49,714 bases of DNA from an uncultured Eubacteriales bacterium (GTDB lineage: Bacteria; Bacillota; Clostridia; Oscillospirales; Acutalibacteraceae), in the NCBI GenBank assembly GCA_900320995.1, contig ONUI01000001.1, positions 1 through 49,714 of the forward strand, read 5' to 3'. The translations under genes were made by a program, and so were the position numbers. The notes under the pieces were generated by a model that saw only the letters and a list, made by a program, of their open reading frames with translations, did no database searches and had not been told where the DNA came from. Below are positions 47,299 to 49,714 of the stretch, one piece after another; positions within the stretch are counted from its first letter, which is position 1, and each line of letters opens with the position of its first letter.

Positions 47299-47752
47299 TC
47301 TCCACCATATTAATAATAAAAGGGTACATCGACAGATGTGCCCTTTTATTGTTATCTGTAGAAAGTGGAGGCGGACGGGATCGAAGGCGAGAGTGCGAAG
47401 ATGTAAGCGTTAGCGCACATCGCACGCAAAAACGCCATAGCATGGCGTTTTTATCGAGAGAGTAGATAAGACTTTGGGGTCCCCGGCACGCCCCGCGTGT
47501 TGGGGAGAGGAGGAGCCACGGAGCGAACAAGCCGTATCACACTTGATACGGCGACTAAGCGAAGTGCGCGACGACGAGGTGACGCTCCGAAGGCGGGGTT
47601 GAGTGTAACCTACAAAAATAACTCCCGTCCGTCTCCACCATATTAATAAATTAAGGAGTCCCGATATGGGGCTCCTTAATTTATTACCGACATAAAGTGG
47701 AGACGGCGGGATCGAAGGCAAGAGTGCGAAGATGTAAGCGTCAGTGTACATC
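47281..47752. repeat. duplicated tRNA-3'-end / hairpin / antisense-tRNA-end / conserved-tail units
   Basis: sense copies 47281-47298 and 47623-47640; antisense copies 47365-47385 and 47697-47716; tails 47386-47421 and 47717-47752. Confidence 0.85.
47475..47578 (+). repeat. family D element
   Basis: homologous to 1746-1851. Confidence 0.75.
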
Positions 47753-47836
47753 CTACACCATATTACTTACTCAAATCGGAGCTCTTTAATATATTATGAA
47801 TTTACAAAAATGTAATCTCATTTTTCTTTTACAGCC

Positions 47837-47866
47837 TTGATATTGGTATATTCTGTATGCTATAAT
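47837..47866 (+). promoter_or_regulatory. probable sigmaA promoter of pseudokinase gene
   Basis: TTGATA-18 nt-TATAAT with extended TG. Confidence 0.55.
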
Positions 47867-47966
47867 AATTTAGTACATTGAGTAAGTATGACTTTTATTC
47901 ATTAAGAATTGATAACAGAAACCAGAATACTGCTGAGATGATCTCAGTGATCAGGGGGAATGGACC

Positions 47967-49592
47967 ATGCCTTTATGTATGGGGTGTTTAAATGAAATAC
48001 CCGCTGCCGATTCGGTATGTAAAGTATGCGGCTTTGATAATTCCGAAAAACAGACCGCTCCGTTTTTACCGTTCGGTACCGTATTAAACTATAAATATGT
48101 AGTCGCGAGAAATCTGGAGACGAACGGTGAGAGTACCCGTTACCTCGGTTATGATAATAAGACCGGTAAGGTGCTCGCGATCCGTGAGTTTCTCCCGATG
48201 GGTTTATTTGACCGCGGCGACGATGAGACAAAGCTTTTTGTCACCCCGCAGGATAAAGATAGCTTTTCTCTGGCGATGGATGACTTCAAGAGCTATTATG
48301 AAACGCTCAACACGCTGACGGATAAGACCGCGATGATCAACATCGATGATATCTTCACCGAGAACAACACTGTTTATGTGGTCGAAGAAAACGATGATCT
48401 TCTGCCGTTTACCGAGTATGTCGAGCACAACGGCGGTCATCTCGAGTGGGACGCGGCTCGTCCGCTCTTTATGCCGATCATCACATTGATCGAAAATATC
48501 CACAAGCTGGGTATCGGTCATTACGCGATCTCGCCCGCTAATTTATATGTTACCTCCGGCGGTAAGCTCAAGCTCGGCGGCTTCTCTACCGAAAATGAGC
48601 GTAAACGCGGTACGATGCTGAAATCTCAGCTGTACAGCGGATGTGCCGCGCCGGAACAGTATATGGATAACCAAAAGCTGGACATCCCGACCGATATTTA
48701 CGGTCTGACTGCCACGCTGTTTTACGCGCTGACCGGTAAGCTGCCCGCCAACGCCAAAGAACGTGAGAAGGATCCCAGGCTTTTGATCAGTACCAACACT
48801 GTCAAGCGTCTGCCGCCTCATGTTGTGACCGCGCTCGCGAACGGCTTACAGATGAAGAGTGACGCGCGTATCGCTGATTTTGATGAACTCAGAGCCCAGC
48901 TCTCTGTTTCTTCCACCGTTCAGGCGATCCAGGATGAGATCTCCCGTACCGCCAGCATGACGCCGATCAAGCGAGAGGATGAGGAACGGCGTTCCCGTGT
49001 GAATCCCACGGTCGTCGGCTTGATCGCGACTTTGGTTTCACTGTTGCTCTTTGCGGCGATCGGTCTGTTCTGGCTCCCGACCAATCCGCTGATGGGTCTG
49101 TTCACTAACGGTTCTACCGTTCCGGCTACCTTGGCGGCTCCCACTGAAGACTGGACGGGTCCCGTGATGGAGGATTATACCGGCAAGACCTTGGATGACG
49201 TCAAGGCTTCTTTCCAAGGGACGATCAAGGTCGACGCCGACGGCGCGTACAGCGACCATATCGAAAAAGGAAAGATCATTTCACAGGAGCCTGCCGCAGG
49301 TTCTCCGGTCTACAGCGCCGGCAGCGACGCGGTCATCTATGTGCTGATTAGTAAAGGTCCCGAGCTCGTCGCGCTGCCCGATGTCGTTGATAAGTCTTAT
49401 ACTGCCGCGGCAGAGGATCTGACTCGTCTTGGCTTTATCGCGTTACAGGAAGTGGAATACAGCGACACGGTTGCCGAGGGAAAGGTTATCGGTATCGACG
49501 GGCACAGTGCCGGCGATAAGATCGAATCCGGCTCCGAGGTCACGCTGAAGGTTTCGTTAGGTAAGCAAAAGACAAGTTCATCTTCAAATTAA
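47967..49592 (+). CDS. Zn-ribbon / kinase-fold / TM / 2xPASTA protein, probable pseudokinase
   Basis: CMGC..CKVC; APEQY and TDIYGL retained, but the Gly loop, VAIK Lys, HRD and DFG are altered; PASTA-like C-terminus. Confidence 0.85.
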   Translation: MPLCMGCLNEIPAADSVCKVCGFDNSEKQTAPFLPFGTVLNYKYVVARNLETNGESTRYLGYDNKTGKVLAIREFLPMGLFDRGDDETKLFVTPQDKDSFSLAMDDFKSYYETLNTLTDKTAMINIDDIFTENNTVYVVEENDDLLPFTEYVEHNGGHLEWDAARPLFMPIITLIENIHKLGIGHYAISPANLYVTSGGKLKLGGFSTENERKRGTMLKSQLYSGCAAPEQYMDNQKLDIPTDIYGLTATLFYALTGKLPANAKEREKDPRLLISTNTVKRLPPHVVTALANGLQMKSDARIADFDELRAQLSVSSTVQAIQDEISRTASMTPIKREDEERRSRVNPTVVGLIATLVSLLLFAAIGLFWLPTNPLMGLFTNGSTVPATLAAPTEDWTGPVMEDYTGKTLDDVKASFQGTIKVDADGAYSDHIEKGKIISQEPAAGSPVYSAGSDAVIYVLISKGPELVALPDVVDKSYTAAAEDLTRLGFIALQEVEYSDTVAEGKVIGIDGHSAGDKIESGSEVTLKVSLGKQKTSSSSN

Positions 49593-49594
49593 AA

Positions 49595-49618
49595 TCCCTT
49601 TATCCTAGGATGAAGGGA
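49595..49618. terminator. hairpin after pseudokinase
   Basis: TCCCTTTATCCT/AGGATGAAGGGA inverted repeat. Confidence 0.5.
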
Positions 49619-49714
49619 GTCGAACTCAATTGCCGATAATGAGTCATTTTCAGTCTTTATCGGCTTATCGTCGATCGCAACCCGTCAGGGTTACTCCTCC
49701 TCTGCACCGAGAAA

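Noticed and set aside
47365-47385. Second tRNA or tmRNA on the minus strand
   Set aside because: Only about 21 nt (T-loop to acceptor end) match; no D-arm or anticodon arm.
47299-47640. Prophage/ICE between attL and attR at tRNA-Ala
   Set aside because: The direct repeats are only ~340 bp apart with no integrase or cargo genes; at most a scar or mini-element.
49691-49714. Possible 3' end of a minus-strand gene (FLGAEEE*)
   Set aside because: Too little sequence at the window edge to support a call.

Overview
Chromosomal window from an anaerobic Firmicute. The dockerin-bearing amylase and the gene content suggest a Ruminococcus/Oscillospiraceae-like gut or rumen organism (inference). Gene order: ackA; a minus-strand molybdate uptake/Moco operon (modA, disrupted modB, modC, moaA, moaC, MOSC, moeA-like, mogA-like) with a divergent IclR regulator; a 1790-aa GH13 alpha-amylase with a dockerin and ten tandem accessory modules; an aryl-acid cluster (amidohydrolase, Na+/solute symporter, two phenylacetate-CoA ligases, iorAB, ACT protein); ldh, HIT, PRTase, comEC, holA, RNase M5-like; yebC; the conserved yicC-remA-gmk-rpoZ-priA-def-fmt-yugP-rsmB-rlmN-stp-stk-rsgA operon; a secreted beta-helix protein; tRNA-Ala(GGC); and a PASTA pseudokinase. 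The most unusual signal is non-coding. At least four families of short palindromic REP-like elements occur about 25-30 times. They form mosaics, nest inside each other, abut stop codons, and have entered coding sequence in frame (three inserts in the RNase M5-like linker, one at its N-terminus, and the C-terminus of mogA). Downstream of tRNA-Ala is a duplicated unit built from sense and antisense copies of the tRNA 3' end. No transposase, integrase or CRISPR array is visible. Several start codons were shortened relative to the ORF track using RBS position and family N-termini.
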